From Spirochaetales bacterium (GTDB lineage Bacteria > Spirochaetota > Spirochaetia > CADAEX01): a stretch of DNA of 64,000 nucleotides. The notes beneath the pieces are model-generated. The model was not told where the DNA came from. It did no database searches and worked only from the letters and a program-made list of their open reading frames with translations. Of the stretch, positions 17,761-27,812 are shown one piece after another (position 1 is the first letter of the stretch; every line of letters begins with the position of its first letter). The position numbers were made by a program, and so were the translations under genes. Location of the stretch: NCBI GenBank assembly GCA_024233785.1, contig JACKPD010000014.1:488-64487 (forward strand). The letters are read 5' to 3'.

Positions 17761-20700
17761 AGCCTTCCCTCCATCCGTTTTTTATTGAAAACAAAATACA
17801 TCACAGGAATAAACACAAGGGTAATAACTGTGCTTGTAGCAAGCCCGCCTATTACTGTCTGTCCTATCGGCTGTACCAGCTCGGACCCTTCACCCGGGAA
17901 AAAAGCAAGAGGCACCATACCGAGGATTGTTGTGAGTGTTGTCATCAGGATCGGCCTTAACCTGCTCACCCCGGCCTCGACGCAAGCATTAAAAAGGGTG
18001 TGCCCCCTGTTTACAAGCAGGTTTGTGTAGTCTACAAGAACAATACCGTTATTAACTACAATACCTGCCAGCATTACTACCCCGACAGCGGTAAAAAGGC
18101 TGAACGGCTTTGCGACAATCAGGTGAATCAGGACAACCCCTATCAGCATAAGCGGCACAGTAAGAAACATTATGAACGGGTCCTTGAACGACTCAAACTG
18201 GCTTGCCATTACACCGTAAACAAGGAAAAGGGCAAGGATCATGATCGCGAGGAATTTTTTCCCGTAATCCATCAGGTCTCCGTAATCACCTGAATACTCA
18301 ATGGCTACTGCATCATCAGGGATTATATTGGTCCGGATAAGCTCCTCAATTTTCTTTTCAACAAGATTAAGCTTTGCCCCTTTTTCTATACCGGCCTTGA
18401 CATGTATAACACGGGTCTGGTCAACCCTTTTTATATCAACAGGGCCAGTCCCTGTCTCAAGTGCGGCAAAACTTGAAACAGGAATATAATCGCCTCTTGT
18501 ATTAGTTACATAGATTGTTTTAAGGTCGGGGAGGTCTTTTCTGTCGGATTCCCTGAGTATCACAAGAACATCAAGTTCTTCATCTCCAGCCCTGTATTTT
18601 GTCGGCCTTATCCCGTTAACTGCCGCTTTAACCTCGTTTCCCACTGCGGCGGCCGACAGCCCGAGCTCATACATTTTTTCCCTGTCAAACCTGATCTCCA
18701 CTTCCGGGAGGCTGTCTTTTATATCGGTATCAGGTTCTTTGGCTTCAGGAACGTTTTTTTCAATCAGGGCCTTTATAGCTTCCGCGGTAGCAGTGGCAAG
18801 TTCGAGGTCATCTGACTTAACCAGAATATCAATGGGGTCAGGATTACGCGGGCCTCCCTGTCTGCCCGCTGTAAATTTGAAGACAACCCCGGGGAATTCT
18901 GAAAAATGGGCGCGCAGTTTTCTTTTTACATCATCCGAACTGTCCTTCCTGGTCCTGAAAGGGGGAAGACCGATATATAATTCCCCTTTATATGAATCCG
19001 CTGCTGAAAAAAAGCCCGAGGCGGCTCCCGAGGTTTTTATAATCTCTTCATATCCGTTGATTTCTGATACTGCAATTTCTTCGAGGCGGTTAATTATCTC
19101 TTTTGTTGTCTCAAGATTGCTTCCAACCGGAAGTTCAACAGAAAGTGTGACCTCATCATCACTTGCCGCAGGCGACAGTTCAAGTCCTGCAAGAGGCAGC
19201 ATAGCAATTGAAAGAATGAATATTCCTGTTACAGCAGCGATTGTGGTTTTACGCCTTTTCAGGACAATATTGAGGATTTTCCTGTATATCTTTTCAAGAC
19301 TAAGGAAGAAATTTTCTGATGCCCCGTCTATTGCCGCGAGAAGAGGATTTTTAACGGGCTTCTGTTTTTTGGTGTAAATCTTCAGGTAACGGCTGGAGAG
19401 GACCGGGACCAGGACAAGAGCGACTATAAGCGAGGCTACAAGTGCAACAACTACAGTAAAGGACAGATCGCTGAACATTATTCCAAGGAAACCAAGGTCC
19501 GACCGGAACATGACTACAGGAATAAAAACACATATTGTTGTCAGGGTTGACGCCGTGATCGCGCCTTTCATTTCTTCACTTCCGAGTATTGCCGAAACTT
19601 TAAGCTGTGCCCCCTTTTCTCGGTATCTGTAAATATTTTCAAGGATTACAATGGATGAATCCACAATCATTCCGACACCGAGTGTGAGCCCGGCAAGTGA
19701 AAGTATATTTATTGTTATCCCTGAAAAATACATACCCATCAATGTAATCAATAACGAAATAGGGATTGAGATTCCTATGACAAGAGTACTTTTGACAGTA
19801 CGGAGAAAAAACAGGAGAACCGCCATAGCAAACAGGGCCCCCATAAGAGCTGAACTGCTTACCTGTCTGATTGAATCCTTGATTATTGTAGTAGTGTCCC
19901 TGAGGATGCTCAGCTTGACTCCTTTCGGAAGTTCCCTGTTGATTTCCTTTATTTTTTCAAGTACGTTTTCAGCTGTCTTGACAGAATTTGCCCCGCTTTG
20001 TTTCTGCACTATTACATAAATACCTGGTTTGCCGTTTATGAATACAGCCTGGGTTTCATCTTCAAGACTGTACGATACATCAGCAATATCTTTAAGTTTT
20101 ACCGCGGATGGAGCAGCTCCGGAAGATGAAGACCTGTATGCGACAACAGTGTTTTCAATTTCTTCAATTTTATTATATTCCCCTTTGCTCCTTACAATGA
20201 AATTATAGGAACCTGAGGAAACACTGCCTCCCCCTACATCAATGTTCTGGGAAGAAATTGCCTTTGCAATCTCTGAAATTGTAAGGGAATATGCTTCCAG
20301 CCTGTTTTTTGAAACCGCTGCCCTTATTATTTTATCCCGGCCCCCGTTTACCCTTGTAAGAGCTACTCCCTGTACCTGTTCAATCCTCGGCTGGATAATA
20401 TCTTCCGCGATACTCTTGAGCTCTTCAGGGCTTCTTGATCCCTCGACTGTAAGGAAAAGGATAGGTATCATTGAAGGGTCAAATTTGTAGAGTACCGGGG
20501 TTTCGGCATCATCCGGCATGAATGATTTGGCGAATTCAAGCCTGTCCCTTATATCGTTGGCCGCCTCTGTCATATCCTTGCTCCAGTCAAATTCAAGAAG
20601 AATAAGACTGCTCCCCTCCGAGGAAGTAGAGGTAATCTCTTTAAGATCAGCCACATTGGAGAGGTTCCCCTCAAGTATCCTCGTGACATTTTTCTCAATA

Positions 20701-20873
20701 TCTTCAGGACCCGCGCCGGAATAGGTTGTTATTACAACAAGTACCGGCGGGTTGAAGTCCGGGTAAAGGTCTATCGGGATCCCGGGAAGAAGAAAAAGGC
20801 CCAGCCCTACTACAAGTGAGAAAATAACAATTATCGTAACAGGTCTTGAAACAGCAAGTTTGGGTAGAGTCAT
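17757..20873 (-). CDS. RND efflux transporter permease (AcrB/CzcA superfamily)
   Basis: 1038 aa with 12-TM, two-large-loop architecture. 'SLAGLTLGVGMIVDSSIVILENI' and 'AGIVVNNGIVLVDY' are characteristic TM4/TM10 regions. Confidence 0.92.
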   Translation of the reverse strand: MTLPKLAVSRPVTIIVIFSLVVGLGLFLLPGIPIDLYPDFNPPVLVVITTYSGAGPEDIEKNVTRILEGNLSNVADLKEITSTSSEGSSLILLEFDWSKDMTEAANDIRDRLEFAKSFMPDDAETPVLYKFDPSMIPILFLTVEGSRSPEELKSIAEDIIQPRIEQVQGVALTRVNGGRDKIIRAAVSKNRLEAYSLTISEIAKAISSQNIDVGGGSVSSGSYNFIVRSKGEYNKIEEIENTVVAYRSSSSGAAPSAVKLKDIADVSYSLEDETQAVFINGKPGIYVIVQKQSGANSVKTAENVLEKIKEINRELPKGVKLSILRDTTTIIKDSIRQVSSSALMGALFAMAVLLFFLRTVKSTLVIGISIPISLLITLMGMYFSGITINILSLAGLTLGVGMIVDSSIVILENIYRYREKGAQLKVSAILGSEEMKGAITASTLTTICVFIPVVMFRSDLGFLGIMFSDLSFTVVVALVASLIVALVLVPVLSSRYLKIYTKKQKPVKNPLLAAIDGASENFFLSLEKIYRKILNIVLKRRKTTIAAVTGIFILSIAMLPLAGLELSPAASDDEVTLSVELPVGSNLETTKEIINRLEEIAVSEINGYEEIIKTSGAASGFFSAADSYKGELYIGLPPFRTRKDSSDDVKRKLRAHFSEFPGVVFKFTAGRQGGPRNPDPIDILVKSDDLELATATAEAIKALIEKNVPEAKEPDTDIKDSLPEVEIRFDREKMYELGLSAAAVGNEVKAAVNGIRPTKYRAGDEELDVLVILRESDRKDLPDLKTIYVTNTRGDYIPVSSFAALETGTGPVDIKRVDQTRVIHVKAGIEKGAKLNLVEKKIEELIRTNIIPDDAVAIEYSGDYGDLMDYGKKFLAIMILALFLVYGVMASQFESFKDPFIMFLTVPLMLIGVVLIHLIVAKPFSLFTAVGVVMLAGIVVNNGIVLVDYTNLLVNRGHTLFNACVEAGVSRLRPILMTTLTTILGMVPLAFFPGEGSELVQPIGQTVIGGLATSTVITLVFIPVMYFVFNKKRMEGRL

Positions 20874-20875
20874 AA

Positions 20876-21802
20876 TCAGCTTCTCCTGCCCAGGATATTT
20901 ATCTCAACACCGTCGTCAAGGAGGTTCTGCCCTCTTGTAATAATTTCCTCTCCTTCTGAAATTCCTGACAATATCTCCGTAAACCCGTCGACTGTAATTC
21001 CAGTTTCAACCCTTTTCATTACGGCCTTTCCTTCCGAGGCTGAAAATACATTTTTAACTCCCCCTCTTGTAACAATTGTTTCAGAAGAGACAAATATGAC
21101 ATTTTTTCTCGTTTCAGTAAGCAGTTTTACAGACGCAAACATCCCTGCCTTGATTTCAGGATAGTTTTTATCAAACTCAAGTTTTATCCCCATCGTTCTT
21201 GTTATGCTGTTTAAGACAGGGCTTATTTCTACTATATGGGCCCCATATTTTTTCTCCGGCCATGCTGCGAAAAACACTTCCCCTTTAGTACCCATTTCTA
21301 TTTTGGCAATATCAGGTTCCGCAATTTCCGCTTCAATCTGAAGCATGGAAAGATCTCCTATTGTCGCGACAGGCGTTGAAACAGATACGGTCGCCCCGGC
21401 TTCATAGGGAATTGCCGTTACGGTACCGCTTATAGTTGATCTTACAGGGCTTAAGGCATATGAAAGGCCAGGTTTTGAAGGGTCGATCTCAGCTATTACC
21501 TGGTTGTTTTTAACATAACTTCCAATTGAAATATTAAGTACCTTAAGTTTTCCGGCGGTATCCGGATATATATCAATGCTTCTCACAGCCTTAACATCGC
21601 CGTTTATTCTGATATAGTCTGTTATATCGCCTCTTCCCGCAATAGATGTCTCTACAGTAAATACTGCCGCCTCGGGTGTGCCAGGTTTATCCCCGGCCGT
21701 TTTTTTATCCTGGCCTTTTCTGTTAAAAACTGCGAATGCCGCCAGTACAAGAATTATTACAGATGCAGTCGCAGCAATTTTTATTTTGGTTTTTTTATCC
21801 AT
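20876..21802 (-). CDS. RND efflux periplasmic adaptor (membrane fusion protein)
   Basis: N-terminal anchor 'IKIAATASVIILVLAAFAVF'. Beta-barrel/lipoyl-like segments ('AGKLKVLNISIGSYVKNNQVIAEID'). Sits between the TolC-like and RND genes. Confidence 0.85.
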   Translation of the reverse strand: MDKKTKIKIAATASVIILVLAAFAVFNRKGQDKKTAGDKPGTPEAAVFTVETSIAGRGDITDYIRINGDVKAVRSIDIYPDTAGKLKVLNISIGSYVKNNQVIAEIDPSKPGLSYALSPVRSTISGTVTAIPYEAGATVSVSTPVATIGDLSMLQIEAEIAEPDIAKIEMGTKGEVFFAAWPEKKYGAHIVEISPVLNSITRTMGIKLEFDKNYPEIKAGMFASVKLLTETRKNVIFVSSETIVTRGGVKNVFSASEGKAVMKRVETGITVDGFTEILSGISEGEEIITRGQNLLDDGVEINILGRRS

Positions 21803-23165
21803 TCAAATCCTCCAGAGACTTATTAACAGCGTATTCAAGATCAAGAAGAGCGGCCTGGTAATTATAGTGTTCTTCCGCCAGTTTAAGTCTGGCTGCCTGA
21901 AGCTGGTTCATTGAGTTTTCAAGCTTAAGGAGCTCGACTGTGCCTGCGTTATACCCCTCAGAAGAAAGTTCGTAACTCCGTTTGGCAAGCTTTTCATTAT
22001 ATTCAAGTGATTCTATTTTTTTCACAGATTTTCTGATATTCATTACAATTGTCCTTATATCAATATCAGCCTTTCTCAGCGCCTGTGAAAGTCTCGATTC
22101 CGCCTGACGTATTCTGTCCTTTTTGTTTTTTATTTCAGTATCTTTTGAAAGCCCCGGTATAAGGCTGTCAATATCAAGCGACAGCGATATTGAAAAAGCT
22201 CCTGCATCTGTCCAGCTTTCCTCCGGTGAACCGATTATTCTGTCTTTCAGCGGATCATCGGCGAAAAGCATATTTTTCGTATATCCCAGAACCAGTGCCG
22301 GAAGACGGCTGTTCTTTGATGAAGAAAGATCAGTTTCGAGGAGTTTGATCTGGTATACCAGCTCCTGAATATCAAATCTCTCTGTGAGTGAGGTAAAAAT
22401 AAGCTCATTTGTATCAATAATATAAAGCCCCGGTTCAATAACTCCCTCAAGTTTTATTTCCTCCTCATTTTCAAGCCCTATCATTTCCTTGAAATTAAGG
22501 ATACTCATATTATAGTTATTCAGAGCCTCATCATAATCAGGGCGGAGGCTCTCAAGCGTTACCTGTGCCTGAAGTTTATCAAGCTCGGAAACAAGTCCGT
22601 TATTATAATTTATTTCCGCCTGGCGGTAACTTTTTTCTGCTGTCTTTATATTATTCTCAAGAAGCCTGAGGCTCTCTTCAAGAACAAGAAGTGAGTAAAA
22701 TGATTTTTTGACATCCCTCTTAAGCTGGTTTTTAGCATCCTCATAGCCGATCAGACCTGCCTCATAATTCCGGGACAGATACCTGATTCCGTCTGCAAGT
22801 GATGCTGAAAGGGCAAGCTGGGCTGAAAACTGCCAGGACAAATCCCAGTGATAATCCCCGAATACAGGTTTTTCGTTTTTTTTGGCCAAAGCTGAGGAAA
22901 GGGTGAAATCCGGGGCAAGGGCATTCCATCGTGTATCCCTGCTCCGCTTTTTTTCAGAAAGTGAATATTTCTCTGCCTTAAGGGAAAGATTCTCATCAAG
23001 CGCCATCTCTACCGCATTTTCCACACTTATTACCCTGGTCTGCGCCTGAGCGTCCAGCCTTCCGGCGTGAAATATCATTATCGGTAATATTAAACCCGTT
23101 AAAAATATATTTTTAATGCCTGTCATTTTATGCAACACTATTACTCCTGATTTTTTAATATACAA
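21795..23165 (-). CDS. TolC-family outer-membrane efflux protein
   Basis: Signal peptide 'IFLTGLILPIMIFHAGRLDAQAQ'. Two repeated coiled-coil/beta halves ('AEINYNNGLVSELDKLQAQV', 'EGYNAGTVELLKLENSMNQL'). The probable true start is the ATG at 23126; the track starts at TTG 23165. Confidence 0.85.
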   Translation of the reverse strand: MYIKKSGVIVLHKMTGIKNIFLTGLILPIMIFHAGRLDAQAQTRVISVENAVEMALDENLSLKAEKYSLSEKKRSRDTRWNALAPDFTLSSALAKKNEKPVFGDYHWDLSWQFSAQLALSASLADGIRYLSRNYEAGLIGYEDAKNQLKRDVKKSFYSLLVLEESLRLLENNIKTAEKSYRQAEINYNNGLVSELDKLQAQVTLESLRPDYDEALNNYNMSILNFKEMIGLENEEEIKLEGVIEPGLYIIDTNELIFTSLTERFDIQELVYQIKLLETDLSSSKNSRLPALVLGYTKNMLFADDPLKDRIIGSPEESWTDAGAFSISLSLDIDSLIPGLSKDTEIKNKKDRIRQAESRLSQALRKADIDIRTIVMNIRKSVKKIESLEYNEKLAKRSYELSSEGYNAGTVELLKLENSMNQLQAARLKLAEEHYNYQAALLDLEYAVNKSLEDLNG

Positions 23166-23357
23166 AACATGATTAAATTACATTATAAAATAACTTTTTC
23201 AGAGCCGGAAATCCATAAATACTTTATAAACCCTGTTATAACATTTTGTTTAAACTTGTAACTAAATATTCATTAGACTGATTTCTACAGTGTTTGTATA
23301 TTTTCAGTAAATGGAAAATCAATTGAAATTAAAAATAACAGTTAAAGGAGTTTTATC

Positions 23358-24866
23358 ATGATACAGAACAAAAGAACCAAAGGGATTATAATCCTTTTCA
23401 CTCTATTATTGCTTCTGCTGTTTTCACAGTGCATATTCTCTTCACCATCAAAAGAAACAGCAGGTCCTGTACAGAGCACAATGCCCCAAACAGGAGGAAG
23501 GACCGCTCCTGATTCAGCGGAACAGGTTTTTTATTCATTTAACAGTGTGGCTCAAAAGGTGCTTCCTGTTGTTGTTGAAATAAACACGGTGGAAGTAGTA
23601 GAGCAGACTATCCCTAATTTTTCAAATCCTTTTGATTTCTTCTTCAGAAACCAGCCTAACCAGCCCGGACAGCAGAACCCTCAGGGACAGAAAAGGGAAT
23701 TCAGGCAGCCGGGTCTCGGGTCAGGAGTAATTGTCAAGCAGGACGGGAAAAAGATTTATGTTCTAACCAACAATCACGTTGCCGGAAACGCCAACGAAAT
23801 CAAGGTAAAGCTTAATGACGGCAGGGAATACGATGCCAAAATCATCGGAAACGATCCCCGCACCGACCTTGCGCTTATAATGTTTGAAACATCGGAAAAA
23901 GTTCCAGTCGCGGTACTTGGAAACTCTGATGATCTTTTTGTGGGTGATATTGTCCTCGCGGTAGGAAACCCGTTCGGATTTGAGTCAACTGTCACAATGG
24001 GTATTGTAAGCGCCCTGGGAAGAAAAAGCATGGCCAATTCCCAGATTTCAGGGTTTACTGATTATATACAGACAGACGCATCAATAAATCCCGGAAACTC
24101 AGGCGGAGCTCTTGTAAACATGAAAGGTGAGATAGTTGGAATAAATACCTGGATAGCTTCCCAGTCAGGAGGAAGTGTCGGAGTAGGTTTCGCAATTCCG
24201 ATAAACAACTCGAAAAAGGCTATAGAAGATTTTATTTCTACAGGCAGGGTTGTCTACGGATGGCTGGGAGTCAGCATCGGAGACCTTAACGATCCGTCAT
24301 CTGAAGAATTAAGAAAAACCCTGGGACTCGGTGATAAGAAAGGGGCCATCGTATTTAATCTTTTTAAAAAATCACCGGCTGACAAATCAGGTCTTATGCC
24401 CGGAGACTATATTACAGAAGTCGATAACGTAAGTATCGACAGCTCATCCCATCTTACACAGATTGTAGGCAGGCTTTCCCCGGGGACAACATCTGTATTC
24501 AAGCTCATAAGAGATAAAAAAATGGTGACAATCAATGTTAAAATTGAAAAGAGGGCAGATGAAACTGAAATACAGAAGAACAGGGACCTTTGGCCCGGGC
24601 TTATTGTGACTACACTGACTGATGATATAAGGAAAGAACTTAAAACTGAAAATTCCGTAAAAGGCGTAGTAATAGTTTCAGTAATTGAAGATTCATCAGC
24701 AGCTATAGCCGGAATAAAACCAGGTGACATAATCGAGGAAATAAACGAAATACCTGTAACTGATATCGCCTCGTTTTATTCAGTTCTCAACAAACAGGGA
24801 TCAAACAGGAAGATTTTCCAGATAAACAGGCAGGGAAGCTCTGTTATGATTGGTCTTTTGAAGTAA
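23358..24866 (+). CDS. htrA: Periplasmic serine endoprotease DegP/HtrA family with two PDZ domains
   Basis: Catalytic triad context 'LTNNHVAGNA', 'DLALIMF' and 'INPGNSGGALVN'. Two PDZ-like segments ('GDYITEVDNVSI', 'GDIIEEINEIPV'). Confidence 0.92.
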   Translation: MIQNKRTKGIIILFTLLLLLLFSQCIFSSPSKETAGPVQSTMPQTGGRTAPDSAEQVFYSFNSVAQKVLPVVVEINTVEVVEQTIPNFSNPFDFFFRNQPNQPGQQNPQGQKREFRQPGLGSGVIVKQDGKKIYVLTNNHVAGNANEIKVKLNDGREYDAKIIGNDPRTDLALIMFETSEKVPVAVLGNSDDLFVGDIVLAVGNPFGFESTVTMGIVSALGRKSMANSQISGFTDYIQTDASINPGNSGGALVNMKGEIVGINTWIASQSGGSVGVGFAIPINNSKKAIEDFISTGRVVYGWLGVSIGDLNDPSSEELRKTLGLGDKKGAIVFNLFKKSPADKSGLMPGDYITEVDNVSIDSSSHLTQIVGRLSPGTTSVFKLIRDKKMVTINVKIEKRADETEIQKNRDLWPGLIVTTLTDDIRKELKTENSVKGVVIVSVIEDSSAAIAGIKPGDIIEEINEIPVTDIASFYSVLNKQGSNRKIFQINRQGSSVMIGLLK

Positions 24867-24955
24867 CGCAATTGAGGCAGATTATGGGACCGTAAGGTTT
24901 TATATCTGCCTAAGGGCTTAGGCGTCAGCTGAGGTCCTTCAATACCTCCCCCCCC

Positions 24956-24990
24956 CGCCCTCTTCTGTTAAACCGGAAGGGGGCGTTTTT
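24956..24990 (+). terminator. Rho-independent terminator of htrA
   Basis: 'cgccctcttc' (24956-24965) pairs with 'gaagggggcg' (24976-24985) with one mismatch, followed by TTTTT (24986-24990). Preceded by a C9 run (24948-24956). Confidence 0.7.
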
Positions 24991-26449
24991 AAGCTACAGC
25001 CCGCCTCATTCTCACCTCTTCAAGGCACATGGTTATTATCGTGGTAATTTCCGGAACAATAAAACCCATATTGGTGACTTCTGTTTTTGCAATACTGTTT
25101 TTCCATTCGCCGGTTGATGATCCGTCAGAATAATTATCGGTTATATAATTGGAAATAACGTAAAGAGCACCTTTCAGTATATAAGGGTCCCTGCCTGAAT
25201 CCTTTTTTCTGTGCCGAACGAGATAACGCTCTATATGCTTTGGAAGAAGCGCTTTAAATTCCTCATGCGCGTTAAATGAATCGGCAGAGCTCAGAAGGTC
25301 AAGTTTTTCCTTTAGCGACATAATCGCAGTATCAGGCCGCTGGCCGGAATTCTTTCTTTCAATCAGCCGCAGCTGTTTTTTATCCTTAGCGGAAGGAATT
25401 TTCTTTTTTTCATCTTTTCCGCTTACATTTTTTGCTGACAGATTTTCAGGTGAAGCTTTTTCAGGTCCCCGGCCCTGGTTCCCTTTCCTTAACTGTGAAA
25501 TATCAGCCGGTTTTATTTTGCGCCAGATGGCCTGCATCATCATGTCTTCTTTAAGGCTGTACTGGTATCCGTTTGAAAGCAGGCTGTAAATCTCAAGCAG
25601 AATTACATCATCGCCGGTCCGTTTTACACGGCAGGTTTTTATTATCTGAAAAATGCGGTAATGAATAGTGCTGTACTTTTTTGAATAAAGAAAAATCTTT
25701 TTTTCAAAATCCTGATTAAAGATATGTCTCCAGTAAAGCCTGCAGTATGACAGTACCTGGTATGATCTGTTTTTGACACGGCTGTCAATGCATATCATTG
25801 CCAGCTCTGATTCTGAAAATTCAATTTTATCAAGATCTATTGTAATTTTTTTCCGCTGCCGGCCGGCATTATCGCGGCCCGCTGACGCTGGGTCTGAGGC
25901 TGTACCAGATGTGGGCTTCTTTTCTTTTTTTATCTCGACTTTTACAAACAGCGTGTTATCGAAATAGCGCTTCAGGATATCTGAAGCTGCGCTGAACTTT
26001 TCAGTCATATAATCAAGAAGTACAGTATAGGTTTCCAGTTTCTCAAGAAATGCAATCCCCTCGTCTTTTCCGCGGGGTATAACCCGAAGGGCAACTTCTA
26101 TTTTCTTAAGAAGTTCCACCGGATCGCTGTTCTGCCCATCGAACAGGGCAGACAGATGGGAGACCAGTTTTTTTACAGAGTTTATTATCCTTTCCAGGAT
26201 TTCACGGACCGCATCCGCGTATATTTCAGCAAAGCGCGGATCATTTTTTCTGTAGTACCTGATTATCCTTATCCGTACATACTCATCCGGATACCGCGGA
26301 ATCAGGCGCTTTTCATATACATAGGCGGCCTGCCGGTATTTTTTATCCCCGATAAGAGAAACATATAAATTAATGTCAGTATCAAAACCGTTTTTATCAA
26401 AAGTTGTACATTCTTTAAGAAGAATTGTTCTGGCACTGTCTGGCTTCAT
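24989..26449 (-). CDS. Hypothetical protein (486 aa, soluble, basic linkers; no motif recognised)
   Basis: Long ORF with an AGGAA ribosome-binding site, 40 nt downstream of the aryl-CoA ligase gene on the same strand. Two Lys/Arg/Ser-rich probable disordered linkers ('KKEKKPTSGTASDPASAGRDNAGRQRKK', 'RKGNQGRGPEKASPENLSAKNVSGKDEKKK') separate helical regions. Confidence 0.6.
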   Translation of the reverse strand: MKPDSARTILLKECTTFDKNGFDTDINLYVSLIGDKKYRQAAYVYEKRLIPRYPDEYVRIRIIRYYRKNDPRFAEIYADAVREILERIINSVKKLVSHLSALFDGQNSDPVELLKKIEVALRVIPRGKDEGIAFLEKLETYTVLLDYMTEKFSAASDILKRYFDNTLFVKVEIKKEKKPTSGTASDPASAGRDNAGRQRKKITIDLDKIEFSESELAMICIDSRVKNRSYQVLSYCRLYWRHIFNQDFEKKIFLYSKKYSTIHYRIFQIIKTCRVKRTGDDVILLEIYSLLSNGYQYSLKEDMMMQAIWRKIKPADISQLRKGNQGRGPEKASPENLSAKNVSGKDEKKKIPSAKDKKQLRLIERKNSGQRPDTAIMSLKEKLDLLSSADSFNAHEEFKALLPKHIERYLVRHRKKDSGRDPYILKGALYVISNYITDNYSDGSSTGEWKNSIAKTEVTNMGFIVPEITTIITMCLEEVRMRRAVA

Positions 26450-26489
26450 GGTGTTCCTGACTTAACTTCGGTCAAAAAATCAGTTTATA

Positions 26490-27812
26490 TTAATCATTTT
26501 TTCTGTCATCAATTACTCTTTTGGCCTTTCCCTCGTGAACAGGGAGAACTCCGGGTTCATGAAGCTCTACATTGGGAGAAATTGATATGGCAGCCTTGAT
26601 GTTATCCTTTATTCTGTGTCTGAGGGCATTCAAATCACGCGCGTCGTCGCTGAATATGTCAGGGCCTACCTCGGTTTTTACAGTCAGCTTATCGAGGGCA
26701 CCTGATTTTTCAATTGCAATCAGATAGTTTGTCCCTATTTCCGGCATCTTCATTATAATTTCCTCGATCTGGGAAGGGAACACATTTACACCGTTAATAA
26801 TAAGCATATCATCGGTCCTCCCCTTGATACGGGAGATCCTCCGGTGTGTCCTGCCGCATCTGCAGGGCTGGGGATTTATGACGGAAAGGTCTCTCGTCCT
26901 GTACCTTAAAAGCGGGGTAGCCTGTCTTCTAAGTGTTGAGATAACAAGTTCACCGCTCTCCCCTTCGCCTGATTCCTCAAGAGTGTCCGGGTTTATCATC
27001 TCAAGATAAAATGAATCCTCCCAGATATGCATATCATCCTTGTAAACGCATTCGGTCGCTACGCACGGACCGTTCATTTCGCTTAAGCCGTAGTTGTTGT
27101 ACATATCTATATTGAAAAGGGATTCTATTTTTTTTCTCATATCCTCCGAATGCGGTTCGGCGCCGCCCATCGATTTTTTAAGATTAAAATCCGACAGTTT
27201 AAAGCCTTCCTCCTCAATTTTTGAATAGAGATGAAGCATATAGCTCGGCGTCGCGTGAACAAAGGTTGTCTGAAAATCCTTCATGAATTTAAACTGCCGT
27301 TTAGTGTTTCCCGAACTTACAGGAATAACAAGAAGCCCTGCTTTCTCAGCCCCGTAATGCAGCCCTATTCCCCCCGTAAAAAGGCCGTATGTCATCATGT
27401 TCTGAAAAACGTCCCCTTTGCCGCACCCGATCATGGTAACCGACCGTGATACAAGCTCAGTCCACCTGTCAAGGTCCCTCTGGCTGTGATAGATAACGGT
27501 CGGCGTGCCGGTAGTGCCGCTTGAGGCATGAAGCCTTACAACTTCCTCTTTCGGCAGCGCAAGAAGTCCGTAAGGATAGGCGGAGCGCAGATCGTCCTTT
27601 GTTGTAAAAGGAATTTTTTTAATATCAGAAAGCTTTTTTATATCATCGGAAGAGCTGATCCCCGCCTCCCCGAGACGCTTTTTATAAAACGGCGTCTTGA
27701 GGGCCCATGAGACAGTTTCCTTTAAATTCTCAAGCTGATATTTTTCAAGGCTGCTTCTGTCTATCGTCTCGAGTTCGCGGTTCCAGTATCTGATATTCAT
27801 TTTCTGCTCCAT
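26490..27812 (-). CDS. paaK: Phenylacetate-CoA ligase family (aryl-acyl adenylate-forming enzyme)
   Basis: 'YWNRELETIDRSSLEKYQLENLKETV' is a PaaK-type N-terminus. AMP-binding motif 'HASSGTTGTPTVIY', plus 'YGLSEM' and 'RYRTRD'. Confidence 0.85.
   Translation of the reverse strand: MEQKMNIRYWNRELETIDRSSLEKYQLENLKETVSWALKTPFYKKRLGEAGISSSDDIKKLSDIKKIPFTTKDDLRSAYPYGLLALPKEEVVRLHASSGTTGTPTVIYHSQRDLDRWTELVSRSVTMIGCGKGDVFQNMMTYGLFTGGIGLHYGAEKAGLLVIPVSSGNTKRQFKFMKDFQTTFVHATPSYMLHLYSKIEEEGFKLSDFNLKKSMGGAEPHSEDMRKKIESLFNIDMYNNYGLSEMNGPCVATECVYKDDMHIWEDSFYLEMINPDTLEESGEGESGELVISTLRRQATPLLRYRTRDLSVINPQPCRCGRTHRRISRIKGRTDDMLIINGVNVFPSQIEEIIMKMPEIGTNYLIAIEKSGALDKLTVKTEVGPDIFSDDARDLNALRHRIKDNIKAAISISPNVELHEPGVLPVHEGKAKRVIDDRKND

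Noticed and set aside
24948-24956. C9 homopolymer tract as a possible phase-variation switch
   Set aside because: It lies in a 3' intergenic region next to the htrA terminator stem, not in a coding region or promoter spacer. There is no evidence of length variation from a single sequence.
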